UHGV virus genome: UHGV-2025275
Length of the DNA: 64,000 nt
Origin: a virus
Strand: one strand, 5' to 3'
The translations under genes were made by a program, and so were the position numbers. Shown here in pieces: positions 8,891 through 17,550 of this stretch (position 1 is its first letter; every line of letters begins with the position of its first letter). Below the pieces are notes generated by a model that was not told the DNA's origin, ran no database searches, and saw only the letters and a list, made by a program, of their open reading frames with translations.

Positions 8891-9190
8891 GTGAAAACTG
8901 TAGCAGCATTAACATTCTTAACTTTCATTTTTAGCTCTTCCGCATTTTCTCAAGAAAATAGCATTGAACGAGCTCAACGTGTCACTACAAAGGTGTGTTC
9001 AAAGGCGGAAGACTACGATTTGTGCATGTTAGAGCTAAGCATGGCTTTAGGCGCTGCATATCAAGATGGACTGATCGTTTCGGGATGCAAGTTGGGGCTT
9101 GATGAGCCTTCGAAAGACAAATGCGAAAACTCGGAACGTTTTGGGGAGTATATAATAAAAGAAATCAGGAACTATGCAAAAAAGATGTAA
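8891..9190 (+). CDS. small secreted protein (hypothetical)
   Basis: GTG start. N-terminal signal peptide MKTVAALTFLTFIFSSSAFSQ. Followed by hairpin terminator. Confidence 0.45.
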   Translation: MKTVAALTFLTFIFSSSAFSQENSIERAQRVTTKVCSKAEDYDLCMLELSMALGAAYQDGLIVSGCKLGLDEPSKDKCENSERFGEYIIKEIRNYAKKM

Positions 9191-9205
9191 ATTCCTATAA
9201 GGGTA

Positions 9206-9235
9206 ATAACCGGCTATGTCCGGTTATTATTTATG
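9206..9235 (+). terminator. rho-independent terminator
   Basis: AACCGGCTATGTCCGGTT hairpin followed by ATTATTTAT. Confidence 0.5.
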
Positions 9236-9513
9236 GGTCATTTCCCGATAAATTAAATCACCATAAGTATGGTCAGAGCTAAATATATAAGGGTAATACA
9301 CCGAGTACGGAATTTATTTAGGCAACACCTTCGAGAAAACGCTATTTATTTCTAAGACTTTGATTTATTTGTGAAATAAATTTTTTATCACCCCTTTCGA
9401 AAAACGCTTGATTTTATTTTTTGTATGTCGATAATTACTTACATCGAAAGCAAACATGCTGACGATAGACGAAAAACAAAATAAGTTTTCAATATTACAT
9501 AAGGATTAAAATC

Positions 9514-10164
9514 ATGTCTAACGTAACCATTTCTAAAAAATCCATCATTGATGCTGCTGTAGTTATCACTGACGAATTACAATTAAAAGCAGATCAAGCT
9601 ACACAGACTTACAACGAACATTATCAGAATGGCACGCACACCAAAGCAGATAAAGCTAACATGCTTGCAGCGTCTACTAAACTTGCATACTTTGTGAATA
9701 ACGTTGTAAACGCAGTAAACGACGATAAGCTGTCTGGTGTTTTCTACTACGCGATTAAAGCAAGCAAGCAAACGCCAGAAGTGTTTTTCCGCGAAGCGAT
9801 GACAAATAGCTACTCTCTCGAAAAGCTGGTTTATCTGGTTAAATCTATCAAGTCTGGTAAATGTGTGTATTCAGTCGCTGATATGTCCGGATCTCGCGTA
9901 TTCGCTTTAATCGATATGATTAACGATGAGATCGACACGTTCACAAATGGTGCTGTTTTCGATTTGATGAATGAAGCAAAACAAGCAAATGAAATTAAGT
10001 TAGATGCAGGATATACGCAAGCCAACCAGCTGATTAATCTGTGTGAACGTCTGGGACTGGTCGAGAAGATTAAAGGAATGGGCGCTGCCAAAAACGGATC
10101 GCAGCAATATCGCTTTATCAAAAATGATTTTTATAACTATCTGGCTGACGCTTTCAAAGCATAA
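9514..10164 (+). CDS. hypothetical protein
   Basis: 216 aa ORF with RBS AAGGA. No recognisable domain. Confidence 0.5.
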   Translation: MSNVTISKKSIIDAAVVITDELQLKADQATQTYNEHYQNGTHTKADKANMLAASTKLAYFVNNVVNAVNDDKLSGVFYYAIKASKQTPEVFFREAMTNSYSLEKLVYLVKSIKSGKCVYSVADMSGSRVFALIDMINDEIDTFTNGAVFDLMNEAKQANEIKLDAGYTQANQLINLCERLGLVEKIKGMGAAKNGSQQYRFIKNDFYNYLADAFKA

Positions 10165-10171
10165 GTAGACG

Positions 10172-10200
10172 GATTCAGCGCCCACTATGGGCGCTAGTTT
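10172..10200 (+). terminator. rho-independent terminator (AGCGCCCActatGGGCGCT + T-run)
   Basis: Hairpin immediately after the stop of 9514..10164. An identical hairpin recurs at 10423-10450. Confidence 0.6.
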
Positions 10201-10214
10201 TAAGGATAAAAATC

Positions 10215-10418
10215 ATGATTAGCTATGACCAGATCCGCGCGGAGTATCGCGCTAAATATCGCGCTTATAAACTTGAACTCATCGACGAATTAAGCGCCCA
10301 GCGTGACGCGCTAAACTTTACGTTCTCTGATTTGCTTAACAGCAAGCGAGACTGTAAACGGAAAAGAGAATATTTGCGCTTGTCTGAAATGATCGGAAAG
10401 TTGCAAAACAGCATTTAG
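10215..10418 (+). CDS. hypothetical small protein
   Basis: 67 aa ORF, RBS AAGGA, flanked by two copies of the same terminator hairpin. Confidence 0.4.
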   Translation: MISYDQIRAEYRAKYRAYKLELIDELSAQRDALNFTFSDLLNSKRDCKRKREYLRLSEMIGKLQNSI

Positions 10419-10422
10419 CCAC

Positions 10423-10450
10423 CAGCGCCCACTATGGGCGCTTTTTCCGT
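10423..10450 (+). terminator. rho-independent terminator (second copy of AGCGCCCActatGGGCGCT)
   Basis: Hairpin followed by TTTTTCC. Confidence 0.6.
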
Positions 10451-10998
10451 TTCAGGATCTCCACCATAACGCGCCAACAATGGCGCGTTTTCTTTTATCT
10501 GGCGTTCACTCATTCACACCAAAAATAAGCGCCATAAACGCGCCAATTTAACGCTTTTTTACGTGTGGTAGTACATACCCATTACACACAGTAAAAAACA
10601 CGTTATAGCGCGTTTAAAAGCGTTTTAGCGCGTGGCTTATTTTGTCGTGTCGTGGGCGTGATCGTCTGGTGACGCGATCCGCGCTATCCTTCGGGGCGTG
10701 TCGGCAATATTGGCGCGATCCGTGGGCGCTCACGTATCATTAGCACGTTGGCGCAACGTGTACGCGCTAACAATGCAGCGCTGGACGTATGGCGCAAAAA
10801 TAGCTTATGTCCACCAGCTGGCGACGATTCTGGCGTCTCCCTCTATACAAATTTTTCCCATGAGGCGACCCCCGCCGTTTCCCGAAAATTTTCTGGCCGT
10901 TTCCCGTCGGTTGCCCGGATGGCTTTCTGCCCGTTCCTGAATTTCCCTGCGGGAGCTGGTGGACGGAAAGAAAGGGGCATTTCCAGCCCCCTCCCCTC

Positions 10999-11481
10999 TT
11001 ACTTGCCAGCCAGTATGTGAATCCGATTACTGGCTGGCATCTCTTTCACGAACTCCCCGCAAGTGACCTTCCAGGAGTCGATACCGGCTTCGTAAATGAC
11101 GTTTTTGCACTTAAGAGCATTGTCAGCGATCCGCACACCCTGAGCGGTTGCTTCCTGGTCTGTAAAGTCGAACCCTGACTCTGTTTTGATCCACACAGCA
11201 ATCTGTGTTGCGAGCTCGATGAGTTTTGACTGACAGAACCGCCCGCTTCGAACCGGGAAGATAAACACCCCGAATCCTGAGGTGGTGACATAAGCTTTTT
11301 CGAAGACACGCGTGAATCGACGGTTGCAAATGATGTCGTTGGCGATCTGCTGCTTCTCTTTCCCGGACAGCTGGATGGTCTCTTCTTCGCGCCAGGCGCC
11401 CAGGATGTTCTTTTCAATATCGGAGTATGTGACAGAGATGGTGCCATGCGCGGGAGTGTTTACAGTGGCGATATAGTTCAT
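10999..11481 (-). CDS. hypothetical protein
   Basis: 160 aa. Class-1 promoter motif at 11495-11531 directly upstream. Confidence 0.5.
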   Translation of the reverse strand: MNYIATVNTPAHGTISVTYSDIEKNILGAWREEETIQLSGKEKQQIANDIICNRRFTRVFEKAYVTTSGFGVFIFPVRSGRFCQSKLIELATQIAVWIKTESGFDFTDQEATAQGVRIADNALKCKNVIYEAGIDSWKVTCGEFVKEMPASNRIHILAGK

Positions 11482-11494
11482 TGTGATAATCCTT

Positions 11495-11531
11495 TAAACA
11501 ACTTGTTTTCTCGTTGGTTTAATTATCGCAA
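11495..11531 (-). promoter_or_regulatory. class-1 promoter/operator-like motif
   Basis: TAAACAACTTGTTTTCTCGTTGGTTTAATTATCGCAA. Confidence 0.5.
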
Positions 11532-11686
11532 TGGGTGTGAGGCGTCCAAGCGTTCTGTTTCGGCAGCTGGTGGCCGTCGGGAAGTCGGTGGGTGTTTCGG
11601 TAGCCTGGCGGTAAGAGGTGGGTGTTTTTAGCCTGCGGGAAAGCAGGTGGTAATTGAGGGCCACCAGCATCGGTGGCCCTCCCCTC

Positions 11687-11968
11687 TCAATGAAGTAATC
11701 CGATGTCGATGGTGTCGCCTGAATCTGTCACGCGGATCATCAGCATAGCGAAGGCATTCAGTGGATAGCCGGCGTGCCATTCCGGGAAGCGGTCATCGCG
11801 CATGAAATCGGCAATGTCATAAACGCTATCCTGATAATGGAAGAAGCGGGAGCTGGTTTGTTCGTCCGGTTCGACGTGATCCATTTCTTTCTGCTCGGCC
11901 GGCGACAGGTCAAGCCAGGATTCCAGCCATACGTTTTCTGCTTTCGGGGAGATGGTGAAATCGGTCAT
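11687..11968 (-). CDS. hypothetical protein
   Basis: 93 aa acidic protein. Class-1 motif at 11987-12023 ends 19 nt upstream of the ATG. Confidence 0.45.
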   Translation of the reverse strand: MTDFTISPKAENVWLESWLDLSPAEQKEMDHVEPDEQTSSRFFHYQDSVYDIADFMRDDRFPEWHAGYPLNAFAMLMIRVTDSGDTIDIGLLH

Positions 11969-11986
11969 GTTCGTTTCCTCACTGCG

Positions 11987-12023
11987 TTAATAACTTGTTT
12001 TCTTGTTGGTGTTATTATCGCAA
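11987..12023 (-). promoter_or_regulatory. class-1 promoter/operator-like motif (near-consensus copy)
   Basis: TTAATAACTTGTTTTCTTGTTGGTGTTATTATCGCAA. A partial second copy lies at 12037-12058. Confidence 0.5.
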
Positions 12024-12094
12024 CGCAGGAGAGGCATAAAACAACTTGTTTACGGGTTGGGGAAAATGGCGCGGGTTACGCGCCATTGGCTGGT

Positions 12095-12502
12095 TTACTG
12101 GACGTTGTAGACGGACTCAGGCAGATACTCTTCCAGAGAGCCGCCAGACACAATGGTAATGCCGTATGAACCAACCCAGGTATTGTTGGCGCCCAGGTTG
12201 CCCTCGATCATATCCTGAACCTGTGCCATCAGGTTTTCGAAAATGGTCTTCGGGTCTGTTCGATAATAGGCTTCAATGGCGGCCAGCAGAGTGTCCGAAC
12301 CATTTTTCACTGACTGCTCGCCGACGGCATAAACCTTCGAGCGATCTCGCTTAAGAGTTGTGCGGGCCAGCTGGGTGGTCACATGCGGAACAGCCGATGC
12401 ATCACGGAACTGAACGGTCAGCTGGGCCAGTTTATTGCCTTCTTCGTCAGTGCTGGATGCGTAGTAAAGGTCAAATACTAAATCTTCTTTGGTCAAACTC
12501 AT
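12095..12502 (-). CDS. hypothetical protein
   Basis: Start placed at ATG 12502 (MSLTKEDL) with RBS GGAGG. Class-2 palindrome at 12539-12558 upstream. Confidence 0.5.
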   Translation of the reverse strand: MSLTKEDLVFDLYYASSTDEEGNKLAQLTVQFRDASAVPHVTTQLARTTLKRDRSKVYAVGEQSVKNGSDTLLAAIEAYYRTDPKTIFENLMAQVQDMIEGNLGANNTWVGSYGITIVSGGSLEEYLPESVYNVQ

Positions 12503-12561
12503 TTTTACCTCCATGTAAATGCGTCGTAATACTATCGCCGTAGGTAAGTACTTACAATACA

Positions 12562-12590
12562 AAAAAGCCCCGAAGGATCGACGGGGCTGT
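12562..12590 (-). terminator. rho-independent terminator (minus strand)
   Basis: GCCCCGtcgatccttCGGGGC followed by TTTTTT on the minus strand, after the end of 12622..12933. Confidence 0.55.
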
Positions 12591-12621
12591 CGTAAATTCG
12601 ACTAATCTGTGTTGCACATGA

Positions 12622-12933
12622 CTATGCAATGGCGAGGGTTGTTGCGCGTTGAATTTCCTGCTGGGCGACCTTGTTAACTTCCAGTAAAGCCAACTCCAGA
12701 TCTGACTCAGGCCAGATAACTTGTTTAGCTACCCACCCTTTCCCACTATGGCGCCGGACGTTCATTACGATGCGCTTGCGAGAAGTTTCGCCGAAGACGA
12801 CAACGGTTTCTTTGAAAAGTCGGATGGCTGTGCCGTTGGCCACTATGTCCACTAAAGTGATCGAACCGAGTACTGCAGGTTTGTCTTTGCGAGGCTGGAG
12901 TTTATCCAGTTTCAAAATCATCTCGGTATTCAT
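12622..12933 (-). CDS. hypothetical protein
   Basis: Start at ATG 12933 (MNTEMILKL) with RBS ACGGAG. Class-1 motif at 12944-12977. Confidence 0.45.
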   Translation of the reverse strand: MNTEMILKLDKLQPRKDKPAVLGSITLVDIVANGTAIRLFKETVVVFGETSRKRIVMNVRRHSGKGWVAKQVIWPESDLELALLEVNKVAQQEIQRATTLAIA

Positions 12934-13069
12934 TACACACTCCGTAAACAACTTGTTTTCTTGTTGGTGTAAATAATACCAGTGTGAAAACGGCCACCAA
13001 GCGAAGCGTTCCGGCATTCCGCTGGCCGCAGGCTACATTCATTAAAAAGCCACCTGCTGGTGGCCATCG

Positions 13070-13282
13070 TTAATCTTCGTCAGGGAACTCCTCTTTCACT
13101 GCGGCCACCAGCTCCCGCTTCTCTTCATCAGTCAGCAGGTGCCAAACATCCTTCCCTTTGGGTGACTCTCCCTTAGCTGGTACAAACGACCATAATTTAC
13201 GGGTTAGTGCTGGCCCTACGCCATCAAGACACTCAGCCAGCGAGTCCACGCTCCATACTTCCACAATCACAGGCATATCCAT
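13070..13282 (-). CDS. hypothetical small acidic protein
   Basis: 70 aa, RBS AAAGGAGAGAG. Confidence 0.4.
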   Translation of the reverse strand: MDMPVIVEVWSVDSLAECLDGVGPALTRKLWSFVPAKGESPKGKDVWHLLTDEEKRELVAAVKEEFPDED

Positions 13283-13294
13283 TGTCTCTCTCCT

Positions 13295-13513
13295 TTATCT
13301 GGACTCTGACGTGGTGCAGTTCCACGCGACGGACATTGCGTTGTCCTCGATATGAAAATCAAACGTGCCCTCGCGATACCCTTCGCCAATCAGCGTACCA
13401 ATGCGCCCAGCGACATCCGCAGAGCGGATAACGTCATCCAGAGAGATCTGGAGTTCGTCAGTAAATGTCTCTTCTCCGCAAAGGGTGATGCTGATGTTCA
13501 AATGCTTGTACAT
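13295..13513 (-). CDS. hypothetical small protein
   Basis: 72 aa, RBS AAAGGAGAAAAA. Class-1 motif at 13529-13565. Confidence 0.4.
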   Translation of the reverse strand: MYKHLNISITLCGEETFTDELQISLDDVIRSADVAGRIGTLIGEGYREGTFDFHIEDNAMSVAWNCTTSESR

Positions 13514-13575
13514 GTTTTTCTCCTTTGTCTAAACACGTTGTTTTCTTGTTGGTGTTATTATCGCAATAAGACATA

Positions 13576-15090
13576 GGCGAAAAAGCATTTTGTATCGGGG
13601 AGAACTGGAAAACAGTGAGTATCCGGGAGCGTATCGGGAGCGCTTTTTACATTATTCTTCTCAACGCGCACCGCAGGGCTGGTGGGCAGTATTTTCCTCT
13701 TCCCGAAAACCTACTGAAACAGCTTGTGACCCTCGAACGCTCTGGCAGAATACGTATCAGCAGCTGCGCGCAGCGGGAAGAAAGCCACCCGCGCACCAAA
13801 GGGTGTACCGCCAGAGAATCAGCCGTCCCCGCGGCATTTTGTCTCTATACCGGCACACACCCTTTCCATGACGGGAACCCAGCCGTTTCCCGAAAAACCT
13901 CCAACCGTTTCCACTCAGGGAGCCCGCCTTTCCCCTGCGGGGACGCTCCCGATAGATTTTCGCGGTGGCCCTTTCACTCGTTCGACCGCAGGGATGTTAC
14001 GGGGGATAAAATCAGGACTTGAATAAATACGGGAAAGGGAGCGATCCCCCTCCATCCTCTCTCTCTTATATCTGTGTTCTTTCCTGACTCGAATAACCTC
14101 TCTTATGGGGACTCGTATCTCTCTTATTAGCGCTCTATACGGTGACCATTCGTATGGGAGAAAAGGCGACTTTCTTCTCTCTGCCGGTAAGTGGTTTTGC
14201 AGATGTTGTAGAGGTGGTTGTCTTGTGGTTTTCCTCTGGTCTGTATTCTTCGTTTTGGGGATAGTTCTTCTCTGTGTATGGAGTGATGGCGTGTGCGCTT
14301 TTCCTTTCGTTTACCTTGAGAGGTGGAAGTGTGGGTGATGTGGTTTCTGGTCTGTTGTCGTTCTCCGCATGTGAAGTAATGGCGTTCTCTGCTTATCAGG
14401 AATTTGCGTTATCTTTCGGGGTAAGAGTGGGTAAACGAGATGGCGCCGGGTACTGTTCTGGCCTGGTCTTGTCTGGAGTTTCTTCCCGGGTATTCTCTTC
14501 CGTGTATTGGGGAATGGCGTTCAGAGAAATTGCCTTTCTCTCGTCGCTATTCAGTGGTGGTCGAGGTTTGTTTCATGGGGTCGGTAGCCTGGGGCAAAGA
14601 GGTTGGTCTTTTCGGTAGCCTGGCTGGAAGAGGTGGGTATTGCCTGGGTGTGGGGTAATGGCAGTTCCTTTTCTTCGTTATCTTGTTTTGTTGTTTTCTT
14701 ATTTCCTAAAACAATTTGTTTATATGCTCATTAAACGCAACGAGAGCCATTCTGAGCGTGTCTGTTTTGTGGTGCTATCAGGAGTCGTTTTTGGCGTTTT
14801 CGTCGCAGGGTGTTGGTCTCTGGTACGCTTCTTAACGGATATAAGAAGTGGCATGGCAAAACGTCAACTTTCGAGACCAAATCAGGGTAAAGCGTTGACT
14901 TTTCATTGATGTGTTATTTATTTGTTTTCTTGTGGGTGTTATGTGCGTAAAAGCCTTGCCGCGCCTGGAGTGTATGAGGTTGGAGGGTAGGGAAGAAGGG
15001 CGATCAACGAGTTCTTATAGAAATCCTCAATTAGTGACCGCCAATGTCAACGTGTTGCAGGCTATGGCTGCGCGTTAACTATCCGCCAGG
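13576..15090 (-). ncRNA. candidate long non-coding transcript / repeat-rich non-coding region (CA-rich on the transcribed minus strand)
   Basis: 1.5 kb with no minus-strand ORF of 60 aa or more. Plus-strand ORFs are low-complexity. Two class-1 promoter motifs (14706-14745, 14912-14947) point into it. Degenerate ~100-130 bp tandem repeats sit at 14160-14560. Tandem CGGTAGCCTGGNNGNAAGAGGTGGGT at 14594-14660. Confidence 0.35.
14912..14947 (-). promoter_or_regulatory. class-1 promoter/operator-like motif with no protein gene downstream
   Basis: TGTTATTTATTTGTTTTCTTGTGGGTGTTATGTGCG. Only a 24-codon ORF follows before the CA-rich non-coding stretch. Confidence 0.45.
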
Positions 15091-15495
15091 CTATCGCATA
15101 GAGCTGCTCTCTAACTTCCGTATCCATCCCCACTCATTGGCCAGTGCCTTTAACTCAGCTGGTATGTTGTCAAATACGGTGGCTATAAGGAGATGATCAG
15201 GTAGCTTACCCAGCTCGGCATCACGATCAACAGGAACCACGTCGTAAGCGGCATCCAGTATCATCTTGATATTGGCGATCGCCGCTTCGAAGATGTTGAA
15301 TGTACGCAGTTCATCTGCCCAGCTATTGTCACGCATTCCGGCACGAACAATCCAATCATATTCTGTGCCGTGTGCCCAGTTCAGTCCGCGATCGGTGATT
15401 GGGTCAAAACAGGCAATTGGCAGTTGTTCAAAGTCTTCCGCGGTAACGTGCGCAGTGCTGATAATAGCTGTCTTGTAGGCTTCAGTAATTTTCAA
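15091..15495 (-). CDS. hypothetical protein
   Basis: 134 aa, TTG start in the ORF track. Class-1 motif at 15511-15547. Confidence 0.4.
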   Translation of the reverse strand: MKITEAYKTAIISTAHVTAEDFEQLPIACFDPITDRGLNWAHGTEYDWIVRAGMRDNSWADELRTFNIFEAAIANIKMILDAAYDVVPVDRDAELGKLPDHLLIATVFDNIPAELKALANEWGWIRKLESSSMR

Positions 15496-16061
15496 TATTA
15501 CTTAAATCTCTTAACTAGTTGTTTTCTTATTTTAGTTATTATCAGAGATAAGAATAGGTAGAAAACATTTTGTTTGAAGCAGTGCGGCTGCCTCGATACT
15601 GTCATAGCGATAATCAGGCGCATAGTGTCAAAGCTAAGTTCAGATGTTAGGGGCAGGGCAAAGTTGAAATGTCCACTTCGTGCCAGGAGCGGAAGTTGCT
15701 AAGTTTGGTCTGCATTAATTTGAAGGGAGCAGAACACATGAGCCAAGAACGAATTTCTGCGAAATTTTTTTCGTGCACCGCGGAGGTGAAAGGTCATAAA
15801 TGGTACGCCAGCACCGACTTTACCTAGCTTTTTTTAAGTTCAGCAGCAAAACCTGCCTTGCAGGTTTCCTGCGTCGGGATAATCGATACTGAACCTTGTG
15901 CATACCGTTCTCATCAGTTAAATTAAAGATTCCACACTCTTTACCGATATCACCTTGGTTCTTGCTTGTGATGCGTTCAGTGTTCAGCGCTGTTTGCTGT
16001 AGCCCTCCAGACTGATTACAGACTGCCTCTTAAAAGCCAATCCTTACTCTAAAGGGAACTT

Positions 16062-17003
16062 ATGAGATTAAAATACTCAGCACTCTTACTCGCCGTTGCC
16101 ATTACAGGCTGTGATAACAAAAAAGACGTGATCGGTTGTTCCTCTGAAATGACCCAGTCAGCTCTCATGGATTTAATAAAAAAATCTGCTTATGAAGGTC
16201 TCTCTGAACAGGTCGACAAATACCCTGACGTCACTAATCAGACCAAACGAAGCGCTTTGGACAAGATTAAACTGACCATCTCTGAAATCTCCACAACTTC
16301 AAGTGACACGGGCAGCACAATGAAAACTTGTGAAGGGACCGTGACGATGACCCTACCTGCGAACGAGTACGCACAGCTTTCTGATGCTTACAGAAAGAAC
16401 TTTAACCGTAATCTCGACAAGCAAATGGAAAGCCTGTCTTTGGATAACAACGCAAACGCCTTTTCAAAACGCATCTCCTACACCGCACAGGCAACCGACG
16501 ATCAGAAAAACGTTTTTGTGAAAGCTACTTCTAACAACCCAATATCAGTGGGTGCCGCTGCACTGACATCGCTTTCCATCATCAACCCGATCGTTGAGCA
16601 GCAAAAAATCCAGCAGGCTAAGGATGCCCAGCGAAGTCAAATTGAAGCGGAACAACAAGCACAACTCAGGGCGCAGCAACAGGATAAATATGAGGCGGAG
16701 CAGCAGGTTCAGCAAACCATTCAACAACAATCCTACCAGCAGCCTCAGCAACAAAAAGCTGACAACCTTGATCAGTCCCGAATGGCTTTTGCGAATGCTG
16801 ACTCTGATTTGAATACCGCTTGGAGCACATTAACACCAGAGAAGAAAAAAGAGTTGCTGCCTTCTCAGCGCCAGTGGATCAAAACTAAGGACGCTATGTG
16901 CGGCAAAGTTTCAATGCAGGGAACAGATGCTGAAGTCAAGAAAATGGTCGACTGCCAGACGCAAATGACCCTTTCAAGGACCGCGTTCTTCAGAAATCAA
17001 TAG
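16062..17003 (+). CDS. lipoprotein with Q-rich linker and C-terminal DUF1311/LprI-like domain
   Basis: Lipobox AITGCD. Gln-rich repeat region. C-terminal SQRQWIKTKDAMCG resembles the DUF1311 (lysozyme-inhibitor LprI-like) motif. Confidence 0.5.
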   Translation: MRLKYSALLLAVAITGCDNKKDVIGCSSEMTQSALMDLIKKSAYEGLSEQVDKYPDVTNQTKRSALDKIKLTISEISTTSSDTGSTMKTCEGTVTMTLPANEYAQLSDAYRKNFNRNLDKQMESLSLDNNANAFSKRISYTAQATDDQKNVFVKATSNNPISVGAAALTSLSIINPIVEQQKIQQAKDAQRSQIEAEQQAQLRAQQQDKYEAEQQVQQTIQQQSYQQPQQQKADNLDQSRMAFANADSDLNTAWSTLTPEKKKELLPSQRQWIKTKDAMCGKVSMQGTDAEVKKMVDCQTQMTLSRTAFFRNQ

Positions 17004-17500
17004 CGGAAACTCCCTTCAATCTGGTGGCCAAGGCTAAGCTGGCGCCAGCGTAATGCGGGATAATTTCAGCCGTTGTTCCATGATGCCCCACGCCGGATAT
17101 TTTACTCGCGGTTAGAACGGGATTTTGGGACGTAAATATTTCATTAAAGGCGATGACCATCATAGTCATCGACTACATGAATTTTCTGTTAAAGATATGC
17201 AAGTATTAAGACATCTTACTTTCCGTGATTACCAATGATGTTAATCGTTGCAGGCACTCAAAACCGTCCACATGAGTCTTGCCCAACCAATAGCCGCCAC
17301 CATACTCTCTCTCGCTGGAAAAAGACGCACTGGCCAGGTTTGAATGTTTAAGTGTCTCGCCTCTGTAGACGATCTGATAACTGGTGTCTTTTCCGCCCAT
17401 TTTATCATCCCAAAATACTGTATATTTAAACAGTTACTCTTTGATGAAATGCAGTCAAGTTTGACAGCGGGGATAATAACTTGTTGGTGAAAACAAATTA

Positions 17501-17524
17501 TTTAAGGCTATATCAATAGCCTTA
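17501..17524. terminator. bidirectional hairpin TTAAGGCTATatcaATAGCCTTAA
   Basis: Perfect 10-bp stem flanked by A/T runs, between the end of 17551..18279 and upstream accessory DNA. Confidence 0.4.
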
Positions 17525-17550
17525 AATTGGTGAAACCAGTTACGACCTCA

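Noticed and set aside
10698-11020. Plus-strand ORFs 10698..10940 and 10748..11020.
   Set aside because: They lie in the GCGCCA-repeat non-coding region, overlap each other, and have Pro/Arg/Ala-rich translations typical of GC-rich non-coding DNA.
13590-14909. Plus-strand ORFs 13590..13871, 13615..14022, 14105..14338, 14274..14618, 14440..14658 and 14640..14909.
   Set aside because: Translations are low-complexity (G/V/S/F/L-rich, for example FLWSVFFVLGIVLLCVW). The ORFs overlap one another in several frames. There are no RBSs, and they are on the opposite strand to every neighbouring gene. Treated as non-coding.
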